64,000 bases of DNA from Okamejei kenojei (lineage: Eukaryota), in the NCBI GenBank assembly GCA_035221665.1, contig CM069146.1, positions 34,968,001-35,032,000 on the forward strand. Direction: 5' to 3'. Below are positions 1-13,462 of the stretch, in pieces. A model generated the notes under the pieces. That model did not search any database, had not been told where the DNA came from, and saw only the letters and a program-made list of their open reading frames with translations. Position 1 is the first letter of the stretch. Each line of letters begins with the position of its first letter. Made by a program: the position numbers and the translations under genes.

Positions 1-125
1 ATCTACGAGCTGCTCTCAGACCTTCCTGATGGTGAGCATCCCAGAGATTTATGCTGTTTATCGTGGGAGTCGGTCACTGGAGTTTTTACTGTCCAGTGAC
101 AATCTGGGAGGTCTGCAAAGATTTA

Positions 126-371
126 NNNNNNNNNNNNNNNNNNNNNNNNNNNNNNNNNNNNNNNNNNNNNNNNNNNNNNNNNNNNNNNNNNNNNNNNNNN
201 NNNNNNNNNNNNNNNNNNNNNNNNNNNNNNNNNNNNNNNNNNNNNNNNNNNNNNNNNNNNNNNNNNNNNNNNNNNNNNNNNNNNNNNNNNNNNNNNNNNN
301 NNNNNNNNNNNNNNNNNNNNNNNNNNNNNNNNNNNNNNNNNNNNNNNNNNNNNNNNNNNNNNNNNNNNNNN
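126..371. other. Assembly gap (N run)
   Basis: Run of N. Confidence 1.
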
Positions 372-590
372 CACTCCTTTTTGTCTCTCTCTTACTTTCC
401 CTCACCATTCTCTTGCTCAGTTTCTCTCTCACACTCACCGTCACTCTCACCCTCTCTCACTCTCACTCTCAACATCACTCTCACACAAACATTCTCCCTC
501 TTTCCCCCTCATTCTCTCTTTCACACACTCTCTTTCTCTTGCTTGCTTTATCTTTCCCTCTCACAGTTCCGAAAGCCCCTTTCTGTTCAA
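372..590. repeat. Low-complexity (CT/CA)-rich pyrimidine tract
   Basis: Degenerate ctctct/ctcact repeats next to the gap. Confidence 0.8.
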
Positions 591-1142
591 TTAGTGCTAT
601 AATGGTATTGGGAAGATTCTTGTTTCCACCAGGGTAGAGAGATATATGGGAGCAAACTCTGACATTGATGATTCTATCTTACAGATGGGTGAATTTTACA
701 AGCAACATTAGTTCTGGCATTAGCAAGGAGCGAAAAGTAGGGTTTAGCTCTCCCAAGATTAAATCTTCCTGATTAATTCACACATGGGAAAGCACAACTA
801 ATTGTTTTGAATTGTATTGAAGTAATATTCAGAGTTGTTTTTCATGATACTTTCTTTAAAAAAAAGTCCAGATCTTTGCCAGTGTAGTTCACCTATTGTA
901 TGGGCGAATCCATGGTAAATGAGTCAGAAATGATGAGGGACTGTGTATGTGTAAGGGGGTAGTGAGGTGGGATAAGGAAAGGCACAGAGCTATCTTTGGC
1001 AAAAACTACATCGAAACCACTTCTACTAATTCAGATAATGTGCTCCTAGTAAAAGAATGTTCATAATTAACATCATCAAGCAATACTTTAAACATAGTTG
1101 CCAAAACAATCGAGGGAAAAGGGCACAAAATGACAACCTCTA

Positions 1143-1252
1143 TAGAAGGGTCTTGACCCGAAACGTCGCCTATTCCTTCGCTCCATAGATGCTACCTCAC
1201 CCGCTGAGTTTCTCCAGCATTTTTGTCCACCTTCGATTTTTCCAGCATCTGG
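1143..1252 (+). mobile_element. Penelope-like element terminal fragment with partial hammerhead motif
   Basis: gaagggtcttgacccgaaacgtcgcctattcc...gctgagtttctccagc; the same terminus follows the GIY-YIG ORF end at 12890-13462. Confidence 0.7.
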
Positions 1253-1254
1253 AA

Positions 1255-1610
1255 CTTAGCACATAATAACTTAGCACATAGTGGAATGAAGGGTGTAATA
1301 ATACTGTATGTCAGGGCACCAGAAAAGTCAGGTAACGATACCACTGTATGTCAGGTTATTGCAACTGTATATAATGCAGCATGTTATACTGTATACCAGG
1401 GATCAGTAGCACTGTATATTAGGGCACCATAAATTCTCAGGACATGATTATTGTATCAGATTACATTCATACACTATGTCAGAGTAAATTTTAAGTTTTG
1501 TCAGATTACATCAACTATGTCAGTAAAATTGTCAGAGTAAAAATTAAGTTTATCAGAGTGCAGTGACACTATAGGTCAAAAATACAATAACATTCTCAGA
1601 GAATGCAATA
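1255..1610. repeat. Degenerate minisatellite (actgtatgtcagg/actatgtcaga-like units)
   Basis: Repeated imperfect copies of actgtat(g)tcag(g/a). Confidence 0.5.
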
Positions 1611-2286
1611 CCACAGATGACATTATTTAGAATCCCGGTGCTTTATTTAAGAGACACTTCTGACTCCAGTCTGTTTTCTACACCGAGTAAGAATTCAGAA
1701 TTTGAATAAAATGCAAGGAAGGGGCAGCAAAAACCACATTGTGTGTTCGCAGTTAAATAGTGGTTTGAAATCACTGAAGTGATCTGCTTTAGTTATTTTA
1801 CTTACTGTCCATTTAAGTCTCCAATCCGTTGTTTGCATTATCTCAACCCATGCTCAACTATCACCCTGTCCATTAACCTAAGCACTGACCACTACTTAAC
1901 CATAATTTGTTATCTGTCTCTGCTATTCGTCACCCTGGCATCCTGTGGCGCTCCTAAAATTGCCACTGAAGCCTGCAAGGGGTCGATTTCTGTAATCAGT
2001 GTTGTGATCATTGATATTTGTCAAGTGACATTCAAATAAGGAGCAGCCTTCCTTCCAGAGGTGCCGTTAATGTAATCTGTTATCAGTGCTTATCGAATGA
2101 TGGATTAGTCTCAAAGCTGCTAACACCACATCCCAGGAAGGCGATGAGCACAAGAGGTACTGAGTAATAAACAGTTTCTCGAATCATTGACTCAGACAGT
2201 ACATTCAATCTACAATCTGTGAGGTGCAACTGCGACGGAAGAACCTTATCTCCCACCCCTATATTTTATCCAGAGTCATGCATATG

Positions 2287-2447
2287 GGGCAGCATGGTGG
2301 TGCAGCGGTAGAGTTGCTGCCTTAATGTGCTAGAGACCCAGGTTCGATCCTGACTACGGGCGCTGTCTGTATGGAGTATGTACCTTTTCCCCGTGAACTG
2401 TGTGGGTTTTCTCTGGGTGTTCTGGTTTGTTCCCACACTCCAAAGAC
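2287..2447 (+). mobile_element. HE1/V-SINE-type tRNA-derived SINE, 5' part
   Basis: A box tggtgcagcggt, B box ggttcgatcc, central domain gggttttctctgggtgttctggtttgttcccacactccaaagac. Confidence 0.85.
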
Positions 2448-4140
2448 AGAAAATTACTAAAAAAATAATTTAAAAAAAAGATAAACTCCAGGAGAATAAT
2501 TCCTAGAAGGAAGGAGCAGCTCTCTAATCTGATACCGTGTATATTGAATGGCTCTGGAGAGGATGGCTGACACTTACTTAATTCAACCTTCTGGTTTTCA
2601 GATGGTCATATAGCATTTCTGGTAAGTGCTGGCTGTGAGTCAAGGTGAGCAGATGTCGAGCTAAATGTGAAGCTGATAATATGTTGCATGTGTGCAGTTT
2701 TGTTGGAAGTACATGTGGGATTCTTTCATCCTCCTCATTACCACTTCCACGTTCCCACACCAGAAGAGCACCGCCAATGCTCTCTTTACAGAAGCCTCCA
2801 AATTCACTGGTAGTGCAAATGAACCAACATTGGTGTCCTCGCTCTGGCCAACATCCCATGTCTGACTTCCACTTAGTTGACAACATTGGGCAGGTCATGT
2901 CATTTTCCTGCCCCTGGCAATACATTCGCCAAACAGACACTCTTTTCTGAGCTCTGCTTTGGGAACAGATTTCCAGGAAAAGATTCAAGGATAGAATAGG
3001 TTTAGAAGGACATGGGCCAAACGCAGACAGGTTGGATTTGTCTAGATGGGACATGTTGGTCAGTGTGGACAAGTTTGGCCAAAGTGTATGAGTATGATTT
3101 TATGACCCTGTAACTGAAAGCTTCCTTGAAAAAATGCATCATCTTCACCAACTGCTGGGGATCTCCAACCCATTAGCCTCTCAAGGTCAAGGAAGAACAT
3201 TCCTGATATTAAGAACTTTGTGACTATGCTTCAGGAGCGAACGGAAGCCCTTCACATATATGCCAAAAGGAGCTCACTATCTCTGACATTCAGGCATATG
3301 GATCACATGCAGGCAGACGGGATTAGTTTAATTTGGCATCATGGTGAGCACAATCATCATGTGCGAACGGCCTGTTCCTCTACCATATTCTATGCTCTAT
3401 TGTCATTATTAGCCGCCTCAGATTGCATGAAACCAGAGTGGAAGTAAATTATCCTTGATCCTGCAGGACTCCCTGAGAGATGTAGGCTTCCCCACAAGGT
3501 TGCTGTGGGCGGGGCAAACTGGACAACAAATCTTTGTTTGACAAGGGTATTGGGGTATACAAGCATGGTGAGTTAATCAATCAGCAATGATGGAAATGAA
3601 TATTGCTGCAGGCTTTCAGACTAAGTAACGTATCCACCGATAATACAGACACAAAAGGTGCCTGTGCTTGATAGCGGGCAGCATGTTTGGACTTATAAGA
3701 ATACCAGATGCCAATAAAGATTAAGCCACTCCGTTGTAGTTCATGGCTCAGATTGTACTGATTCTTTGTCTTAACATGGACAAAGACTGTGGGAAAGTTT
3801 CTGATCAATAAATTACGTCTTTCTGAGCTGACAAGCACAGGGTGCAGCAATCCTGTAAGCATTACTCTTCCCCCACTCCAACTGCAAGTGACTGGGGGCC
3901 AGGTTATACGACTTGTGAATTAGCTCTTGCTGACCCTGACATGTATGGATAGCCGAAACTCAAAACCACCAGTAGCGTCCATCCCAGCTGACAACGGGTC
4001 AACTGCTGGTAAGTTCTGGAATTCATTACACCCTGAAGCGAAGGCTTAACTTGTCACCATGTCGGCTCTATCGTGAGTGAAAGGCTACATTAGTGTTAGG
4101 GAGGCATTTCAGCTGCTGTTCACTTTTGGAGACCATCCGT

Positions 4141-4370
4141 TTAGTTTATCAGTTTAGAGATACAGCACAGAAACAGATCCTTCGACCCACCGAGTGCGCG
4201 CCGACCAGCGATCCCCGTACACTAGCACTATCCCACACACACACACGGGACAATTTACAACCAATGAGCCTGCAAACCTATACATCTTTGGAGTGTGGGA
4301 GGAAAGCAGGACACCCGGAGTAATCCCACGCAGGTCGTGGGGAGAATGTACAAACTTCATACTGGCAGCA
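4141..4370 (-). mobile_element. HE1/V-SINE
   Basis: Reverse-complement copy with the AAACT-type tail and central domain. Confidence 0.85.
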
Positions 4371-4719
4371 ACTCTACTGAGGAGCGGTCTGGGCATCTGC
4401 TGAGGTCCCAAACACTTGGACGGTTCTGGGTCTATCGATGCACTACAGCCACCATCGCATTCTCGGAAGGCCGAAACCTTCCACAACCTTACAGTCCCAG
4501 CCTGGGATTGTGGGCGGATAGTGAACGCTTCAGCTGCTTCACTCTGTGGCAGGGCTGGTTAGAAAAGGGAAGGACAGCAATAACAATGTGTCCCAAAGAC
4601 GTATGAGAGAGCTGAATAGATTTAGCATTTACTACACCCAAGATTCGCCATGAACCAAGCAACACCTTTCTGGTAACCTTTATGTAAGACATATTTTACA
4701 CAGTCAATTTTGATTGATT

Positions 4720-5030
4720 GAGTGAAAGATACAGCATGGAAACAGGCCCTTCATACCACATATCATGTTTCCATGACGACCATCAAACGCCCATTCACGC
4801 TAGCCCCATGTTATCCTACTTTCACATCCACTCCCTACACACTAGGGGTAATTTACAGGCCAATTAACTTACAAACTCGCTGTCTGGGATGCGGGAGGAC
4901 CCCAGAGCATCGGGAGGAAACCCATGTGGTTACAGGGAGAAACTCTACATAGACAGCACCCAAGGTCAGGATCGGATCTGGGTCACTGGCTTAAGGAGGC
5001 AGCTGCCATCGACACCACTTTGGCACCCTT
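4720..5030 (-). mobile_element. HE1/V-SINE (diverged)
   Basis: Reverse-complement copy spanning head to tail. Confidence 0.8.
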
Positions 5031-6265
5031 TACACAGAGTAAAATTGCACAATGAAAGTAATAATGATAAAACTGAGAGAACTGTCTTCCCTTGGATTGT
5101 GGTCTAATGCACAAGGCAACCTGGATTTTGTGAATTTCCTTTGTGTTTTAGATTCTGGAGTAAGATTTGAAACTACAGTTTTCAGATTCTGAGATGAAAG
5201 TGTTACCATGAGGTGACGTGGGGATGGAAAACTGAGGAAACGTTCTGTTATCCCAAGCAGCTCCCAAGATGGGACGAGAGAAATGGCGATCGATCCAAAA
5301 TGTCCCAACAAGTAGTTGAGCTGATTGGAATGAATAGGGGATCAGCAGTGGGCTAATGAAAGTGATTCACTGTTCTTACCCATGCCTGAACCTGAGGCAA
5401 ACAGAGAATAGGTAGACAATAGTTTACCATTTCATTACAAATGCTACTTTTCATTATCTAGCATCAATAAAGCATTGTACAATATCATCTAACAGGAATC
5501 TGTCGACTTAAAACAGCAGTTGCTGGGGGTATCCAACAGGTCAGGCAGCTTCTGTGGATATCAAAATGGTCAATTGTTTACAAGATGCCCTTTCATCAGA
5601 ACTTCAAAACTCGATCTGAAATGTTAATTCTGTTTTTCACTTCAGGCTGGCATATTGTTTTAATTTCTAGTATCTGGTTACACAGTTTAACATCCCATAA
5701 TGATTCTATGATGTGCTCTAGTGTAATTTACTACGTTAAAGGAACAAAACAAATGCAAATGTTAATTTGCACAGTTACAATTTGTTAAATGCTTTCAGAT
5801 GTGAAAGGGATCTTGATCGGGTTAGACTTGATCAAGGTCCTTTGTGTAGCCTGATAGGTTACCTAATGTTGTGTGTTCATTTCATCAGTACAGGGATAAA
5901 ACTGTTCCATGGCTGGCACTTAAATGCCACCTAAAATTCACCAGCGCACTTCAAGGTTAGTTAGAACTGGGTCATAAATGCCAGCCTTGCCCCAAAGCTC
6001 AGATTCATGAACAAAGAATGAAGAAACAAATAAGTAACCTTCCTTTAAATTGCAACACTGTGTCAATCATTTCCAGTTGTTTACGCCTGGAACTGGCCGC
6101 GTTGGTTGAGTTTATTTTTTTGGCTCATTCTCCTCAGATGGAGTCAAGTCCGAAGGCGATGCGGCTTCATATTATTTCAATTGAAGAAGAGATATTATAA
6201 TGTGAGATGAGAAACAGATTGTAGCCAAGGGTTGGGGAAACTTGTTCTATCTAATGTGCCATACG

Positions 6266-6555
6266 TTAGAGTTTAGATACAGTGTGGAAACAAGCCCTTC
6301 CGCCCAAGGAGTCCAAGCCAGCCAGCGAACACCCTGTACCCTAGCACTATCCTACACACTAGGGACAATTTACAGTTTCCAGAAGTCGATTAATCTACAA
6401 ACCTGCATGTCTTTAGTGTGGGAGGAAACCGGAGCAGCAGGAGAAAATCACAGAGGGAATGCGCAAACTTTGTACAGACAGAACACATAGTCAGGATCGA
6501 ACCCGGGTCACTAGCACTGTAAGAATACAACTCCACTGCTGCGTCACCGTGCCTC
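6266..6555 (-). mobile_element. HE1/V-SINE
   Basis: Near full-length reverse copy (ggatcgaacccgggtc is the B box complement). Confidence 0.85.
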
Positions 6556-7009
6556 CACCTCAGCTTGGTCAAAGAACTGCCCTGTACCAAGCACAATTTA
6601 GATGATGAGCAACCTGATGATCAATATGATCCAGCCACATGATGTGCCCCTCACTAACTAATCAATGAGCTGCTCTGCCACCAGCATCATCCACCCTGTG
6701 CTGATCGTTCGTGGAATTTCTTTGCTGCTGCTTTTCTTTGATAGTCAAATGTGTTAAGATGTCTTTAAAATGATCAACCCTTCTCCTAAGCTTCATTTTG
6801 GCTTAACGTTGGAATCCCTGATATTCTGATCAGTTTACTGAATGGAGCAGAGTCTAAACATCACCAAGGAAAAGAGTAGGATTCTTTCTATTCAAGGGAA
6901 TTAAAAACACCAATATTCAACAAACTTTTCCTTTCCATTAGAATGGATTGTCAAAGCTTTAGAAATGCCATTTACAATCGCCAAGAGTGACACAGACTGA
7001 AAATAGTTA

Positions 7010-7170
7010 GATAAAGCTCTATTGGCTAGCGGAATCAAGGGATATGGGGAAAGGCAGGCACGGTTACTGATTGTGGATGATCAGCCATGATCACAATGAA
7101 TGGCGGTGCAGGCTCGAAGGGCCAAATGGCCTCCTCCTACACCTATTTTCTATGTTTCTAGGTCTCTATG
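7010..7170 (+). mobile_element. CR1-type LINE 3' end
   Basis: ggaatcaagggatatgggga...ggctcgaagggccaaatggcctcctcct followed by a (TTTCTATG)n-like tail. Confidence 0.75.
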
Positions 7171-8938
7171 AAAATGAATTCAAACATATACGGTTGTTTT
7201 TGTGTTGAGGGCCACATTCTGAAAATACCCCTTTCAGCCAAAGTGAGTGATTAGTGATCCTAATGAGTGATACAGCATGTCTGCTCCCATTTGTTTGGAT
7301 ATATTACAGCTGGATTGCCACAGCTCCAGTATATCTATTGACTGGAACAACACTTCAGGCTGAAGAAATGACTATGTGGCAGATGATAGGGATATTAAAT
7401 AATTCCAAAACACAATCCTTCCTCAGGGTAGATGAGGTGTTAATGGGATCCATCCTCTCCTTTTCAATATAAATGAAGAATGTAGGTATTTCAAACGAGC
7501 CAAGACAATTCAAAAACGCCAGTACTTTAATTAAATTCTCAACAATAACTCGTGTGCATATAAAACTGCAGGGAGGATATTTGGCATTGGTTCATCTTCC
7601 TGGTTGGGTAAACAGATTGAGAAAGGCTGGTTCAGGAACTCTGTGGAGATTTTAAGTTTATATGTAGGTTTGAAATAACAGTTTAAGAAATAATATATTT
7701 TACATATTATTCACAACATCTGGTCTATTCAATCGGGTAGAACATTTATTTGTTTTTAATATTACTTCAATATGATTCTTAATGCAAGGCACCTGCTTCA
7801 AAATCCAACTCATTATCCCATTAAATTCTGAAAACAATACAACAAAAGCATGCAAAAGCATGTACGTTCTGTGGAAACATTTAATACTGCAGATTGAGTT
7901 TTCTTCACTTTTCATCTTTACATCTGTTTTCCATTAGCATTTGCAAAGGTATATGCTTGAAAGTTCCCTGAGTGACACAATATCTCCTGATATTGACATC
8001 AACTAGAAAGGGTCTTCACAGAAGCTCTCAAAGGTTGGTGAGGAGCTAGTGGCAAGGGGTAGAGAAAGAATGGTGAAAGTCCACTGGAATTCCCACTGAG
8101 ATTTCAATATCTCCTGGTTAAAACGGAGATTGATACATTCTTGATTAATAAGGGTGTCAATACTTATGGGGAGAAGGCAGTAGACTCGTTGGGCCGAATG
8201 GCCTAATTCCGCTCCTATTACTTATGAACTAGTCAGTCAGGGTGAAGATTGTGTAAGGTGTATTTTGGGGTCCCTTATTTACTTTTCTGTAGCTGAAAAC
8301 TTATTGAAAAGGACACCATATGGGAAAAAGTGAAACAAATTTAATTTCCTTTTTTAAAAGCCCTTTCTTTCCTTGAAAGGAAAATGATTTACTGTGTATT
8401 CTGTTGTGGTTGTATAATTTGTTCAGCAATTTGTGATGAAAGGGAGATATATCATGAGGTTGTAAGTCAGCATGGTTTGCTGGATGATTTGCAGTTTTTC
8501 AATATTAGCTCACCATCAATCTCTGGGACTTCCAAGAAATCTCGACTGTTCAAACAAACTCAACTCCCTGCAGAAGAAGAGGATCAACAATTAAAGCTAA
8601 TGGCCAATTTCATTCTGAGATTTGGGTTCCAGCACTACCACGAAAATACTCTGGTCACATTTAGGGAACAATTGAGATTCACAAACCTCATTCCAACAGA
8701 TTGTAAATTGTTCCTGAAGGTTTCTAACGTTCAGAATTCAATTTCTTCCTGTTTTGAATTCCTTTTTTTCCCTCTCTGTATTCCTTTTCCTCTTTTTAGT
8801 TCTCTTTCTCTACCTAATTCTCCTTGCATTTCCTGCCGGTTTCTTTCTTGATGACGAATGGTTCATGTGAGAGACCATAGGTTTCACCGTAGCCTTGAAT
8901 CCGTTGTCCCACTGCACTCACTTCGAAGAAACTCTCGG

Positions 8939-9077
8939 GGTGGAAGATTGCAACCTTCACGTGGTCCGCCCTGTTTCGACTAATGCAATCAACTCGACGT
9001 GCACAAACGGAAGATCAAATAGAATAAGTTGTCCAACAACTTTAGGCTGTGCACGCCACACGAAAGAAGAAGAAGAA
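8939..9077 (+). mobile_element. Short unclassified retroposon with (GAA)n tail and 14-bp target-site duplication
   Basis: gaagaaactctcgg at 8925-8938 and 9078-9091; (GAA)n tail; CpGs retained. Confidence 0.75.
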
Positions 9078-9774
9078 GAAGAAACTCTCGGCATAAAAAC
9101 ACATTGAGCTGTGCAAGCCAGTGAGGAAAGGCCAACAGGACACACTGGGAGATGCCCTGCTCCCATAAATTCAGGGATGGTGCAAATACACTGCTGGAGT
9201 AGCTTATCCATGGAATCTGTTGAGATCAATCAGTAGGAGCTCCAGCAGGAGAGCTACTCATTGGGCATTGACCATGGCTGCAATTCAGTAGATTAAAGTC
9301 GACGGTAGGGAAACAGGCCCCTCCACTCACCATATTCACACTGACCATCAATGAACTTTTCACACTGATCCCACATTAAAGCAATGTTTTAGTCTCTCCA
9401 TATTCTCATCAACACCATTCCCACCCATTGTTACCTCTTACCTACACACTCAGCGCAATTTACAGTGACAAATCAACCAACCAACCTACACATCTTTGAG
9501 CTCAAGGAGGAAATCCACACAGTCGCAGGAATAAAGCACAAACCTCACACAGACAACACATGAAGCCGGGTTGAACCCGGGTCTCTAGTGCTATGAGACG
9601 GCAGCTCTATTTATCGGGCCACTGGGTCTCCTGAGGAAATGAGGAAATCTATTGAGGCAAACCACTATTTGTAAAATAATCTACCAAGCCATTCTCTCCA
9701 AGCCCACAGCTGAAATGCTCACATATTGTAGGATCAGGGGGTATAAGAGGACCAGAACATATTGGACTGCTGGC

Positions 9775-10085
9775 AGGAGCGGCACAGTGAGCCAGCTGTA
9801 GAGTTGCGGCCTTACAGCGCCAGAAACCCGGGTTTGATCCTGACTTTGGGTGTTTGTATGGAATTTGTACGTTTTCCCTGTGACCACGAGGGTTTTCTCC
9901 GGCTGCTCTGGTTTCCTCCTACACTCCAAACACGTACATGCTTGTAGGTTAATTGTCTTTGGTAAAAATTGTAAATGGTCCCTAGTGTGTAGGATAGTGC
10001 TGGTGTACAGGGTGATCACTGGTCAGCGTGGACACGGTGGGCCAAAGGGCCTGTTTCCATGCTGTACATCTAAAGGAAAGTCTAA
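9775..10085 (+). mobile_element. HE1/V-SINE, full length
   Basis: tRNA-like head, central domain and gggcctgtttcc..gctgta tail shared with the CR1 3' end. Confidence 0.88.
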
Positions 10086-10809
10086 AGGAGCTGTGGGTTA
10101 AAGAAGTCTTGGAAAAGCAGCAGCCTCTCTACCACATTTAACCTGGTGAGATGATGGAAGAATAAACTTTTGCAGGATGAAAAACATGCTGTTCCTTCGA
10201 CGAAACTGCTTTCTTTCAAAGAAATCCGAGACATAAGGCATCGCTGAATTATGGAGAGTCTGGAGAAAAGTAACTGGATGAATTGGAACTGCAATTATTT
10301 TTCTATTTTAGAACACAATCTAATCTAATTTAACCTGATGTACACACTCACAATGTCAATTCTGCCAAACTTGCTGAGATAACTTAAAATCATCTATGAG
10401 AAGGATTCAGGAATTTTCAGGTCTTGAGACAGAATGCTCATTGGACATGGAAAGTTACTAAGAAACTGCAGATGCTGAAAGCCTGAAATAAAAAGCAAAA
10501 TTGCTGGAAATCCTCACTGGTTAGACAGCATCTGTGGAGAGAGCAGCAGGGTCAACATTTCAGTTCAACGATCATTCACCAGGTAAAGGTTACGATAAAG
10601 GTTCATCGACCTGAAATATTTCCTTCTCCGTAAATGCTGCTCGACCCGATGAGTTTTTCCAGCATTTTCTCTATTGGTATTCATGGTATCATCTCTCATG
10701 CCTTTAGTAGATGGAGCAGAAACATTGGAAACTTGTTTAGTTTAGTTTAGTTTTGTTTTGTTTAGAGCTACAGCATGGAAACAGGCCCTGTGGGCCACCA
10801 AGTGAGTCA

Positions 10810-11960
10810 GTGGATGGAGATACTAAATGAGAACTTTGCATCTGAATTCATCAATGAGAAAGGCATGGAGCACAGTGAGATGAGTGTGGCGAATACTAGT
10901 ATGCTTGGGCAGTTCAAGAAGGGAGTGGTGTTGGGGCTCTTGAAGAGCATAAGGGTGGATAAATCTCCAAAGGAAATTACAGGAGCCTTGACTGAGATAA
11001 TTGTATTCTTTCTAGCCACAGGCACGGTCCAGTTCGACTGGAGAGTGTTGTTCCTTTGTTTAAGAAGGGAAGTTGAGATATTCCACGAAATTGTAGGCCA
11101 GAGAGCCACTCGTCCGTTGTAGAGAAACTGTTGGGGTAGAATCTTTGGGATAAAATCTGATTGCATTTGTAAGAAAAATTAACTAATTAAGGACAATTCG
11201 TATGACTTTGTCCATGGCAGGTCCTGTCTTACAAACTTGATTGAGTCTTTGAGGAGGTGGCAAAGATGGTCGCTGAGGGTAGGGCAGTGGATGTTGTTTA
11301 CAATTTAAGGGCCTGTCTCACTTGGTCGTCATTTGCGCATCACGCAGATGGCGCGCAAAGATTTTTAACATCACAAAATCCTGCGACGTAGCGTGCGGCC
11401 GAGCGTCACTGCCTATGTCATCGCACACCATGCGCGCGTCGTGCATCATGACACGCAAATGATGTCGCGTAAATTACGCGCAAATGACGGCCAAGTGGGA
11501 CAGGCCCTAAAGGCATTTGATAAAGTCCATTATGGCAGGCTGATCCAGCAGATTAAGATGCATGGGATTCACAGATATTTGGTTATTTGGATGCAGAACT
11601 GGCCAACTCTTTAAAAAAAAACAGAGTGGTGGTGGAAGTTTGTTATCCTGGCTGGAGGTCTCTGGCCATTGGAGTTGTGCAGTGATCTGTGCTACGACCT
11701 ATTGTTTGTGCTGTACATACAACACTTGATGTGAATGTAGATGGATACATTTGCAGACTACACACAATTGGTGATGTTATGAACAGTACTAATGGCTGTC
11801 AAAAGTATACAACAGATAGATCAGCGACAGAAATGGGCATAGAAGTCGCAGTGATCCACTTTGGGAGGTTAAATGTGAAGGAAAACTACACAGTTAATGG
11901 TAAGACCTCTAACAACATTAATGTGTAGGGGGGATCTTGGCGTTCAAGTCCATAGCTCTG
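10810..11960 (+). mobile_element. Degenerate CR1 LINE reverse-transcriptase fragment, interrupted by a MITE
   Basis: EILNENFASEF, GRSCLTNLIE, VDVVY..[MITE]..KAFDKVHYGRL motifs with frameshifts. Confidence 0.8.
11309..11507. mobile_element. MITE, probably PIF/Harbinger type, TAA target-site duplication
   Basis: TIRs gggcctgtctcacttggtcgtcatttgcgc / gcgcaaatgacggccaagtgggacaggccc; TAA on both sides; CpG-rich; non-coding. Confidence 0.85.
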
Positions 11961-12889
11961 AAAGATCGATCCCTGGTCTCTGGCGCTGTATGGTAGCAAC
12001 TCCACTGCTGCGCCACCGTGCCGCCCAAGTGTCACTTGGCATCTTGTTCAGCATGGCCATTGTGAGCTGAAGAGCCCCTTCCTGTGTTGTACTGCTCTAT
12101 GTTCCAGATATGTGTTGTCACACTCGCTGTATCATATATGCTGTTCACAAGGGGGACTCCTAGAATGAGTCGAACCTAGATACATTCCTTCTACTTCATG
12201 CCCTTCAGTGTTACTCAGTGTTGATGGAATAAATCCTCAAAACATTACCCCGTAAAATAACATGCATTATCGATATTTTACATCTTCAATATGACTCCGT
12301 ATATATTATGCAGCCTGAAAGAATAAACGAGGACATGCCATAGCAAGTTTATTTGAGTAGGAATTTTTTTTGTGGATTTCTTTCCACACAAGCCTGTGGG
12401 TTTTACCAACGTTCTTGAAAACAGTTTTGTAAAGCATACAATCAACCACCACACTCAGACTAAACTGCATATCAAACAACCAGCAAAATCGACCTGTTTA
12501 CTACCGACCTCTTGCATGGTAATAAAGGCTGATTAATGGCAGCAAACTTTGGCAATTTGTCCTGGAAATAGCCAATAATTGCTGGTACTGTATTTTTCTG
12601 CAATCCAAACCTCAGACACTTGTGCAATTCAGACTAAGAGGCAGAACTGGATTCATCTGGTTACATTTACAAAATACCATCATGACTCATGCAAACTAGT
12701 AAATACATAATCTGCTTTCCTGCTTAAATAAATTGAAGTAAGAGAAACAATACTTTATGCTCACCTTTGCAACAAAATAAACCATTTCTCCAGGCACTTG
12801 AACATAAATCTCAGGCTATCAAGAAAATAAATTGCAAACATGAATTTGTTCAAATCAAATATAGTTAAGCATTATGAAAGTTAAACTGT

Positions 12890-13462
12890 GCAGGAAGGAA
12901 CTGCGGATGCTGGTTTGCACTGAAGATAGACACAAAATGCAGGAAGGAGTAACCCAGTGGATCAAGCAGCATCTCTGGAGAAAAGGAATAGGTGACGTTT
13001 CGGGCCAAGACCCTTCTTCGGACCAAGAGTCAGGGGAGAGGGAAACAAGATATATGAAAAGGTACAAAGATCAAATGAATGAAAGGATCAAATATGCAAA
13101 AGGACAAATCAAAGCCAGCAATGATGATCAAAGAAAAGTGGAGCCCACAATGGTCAATTGTTGGTTGTGAAGGTGATAATGAGTGGATACAAAAGATGAA
13201 ACTAAGGAGGACGACAATGAAATGAGTAGGATGACTAGGGTGGGGGGAGGGTGGGAGGACAGAGAGAGAGGGAATACAAAGGTTACTTGAAGTTAAATAA
13301 ATCAATATTCATACTGCTGGGTTGTAAGCTGCCCAAGCAAAATATGAGATGCCGTTCCTCCAATTTGCATTTGGCCTCACTCAGACAATGGAGGAGGCCC
13401 AGGACAGAAAGGTCAGTGTGGGAATGAGAAGGGGAGTTAAAGTGTTTGGCAACCGGGAGATC
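12890..13462 (-). mobile_element. Penelope-like element 3' portion: GIY-YIG endonuclease C-terminus, 3' UTR and hammerhead motif
   Basis: 13462-13283 translates DLPVAKHFNSPSHSHTDLSVLGLLHCLSEAKCKLEERHLIFCLGSLQPSSMNIDLFNFK*; ccgaaga...gaaacgtc motif at 12991-13024. Confidence 0.85.

Noticed and set aside
1-37. Strong donor-like G|GTGAGC at 31/32, preceded by open frames (IYELLSDLPD or STSCSQTFLM)
   Set aside because: Neither translation resembles the end of any upstream Sema3 exon, and the stretch is too short to assign
29-637. ORFs spanning the N gaps (also 40435-40940)
   Set aside because: Artefacts of N runs and low-complexity CT sequence
8384-8851. 155-aa ORF
   Set aside because: No recognisable motif, no convincing splice context, low-complexity end
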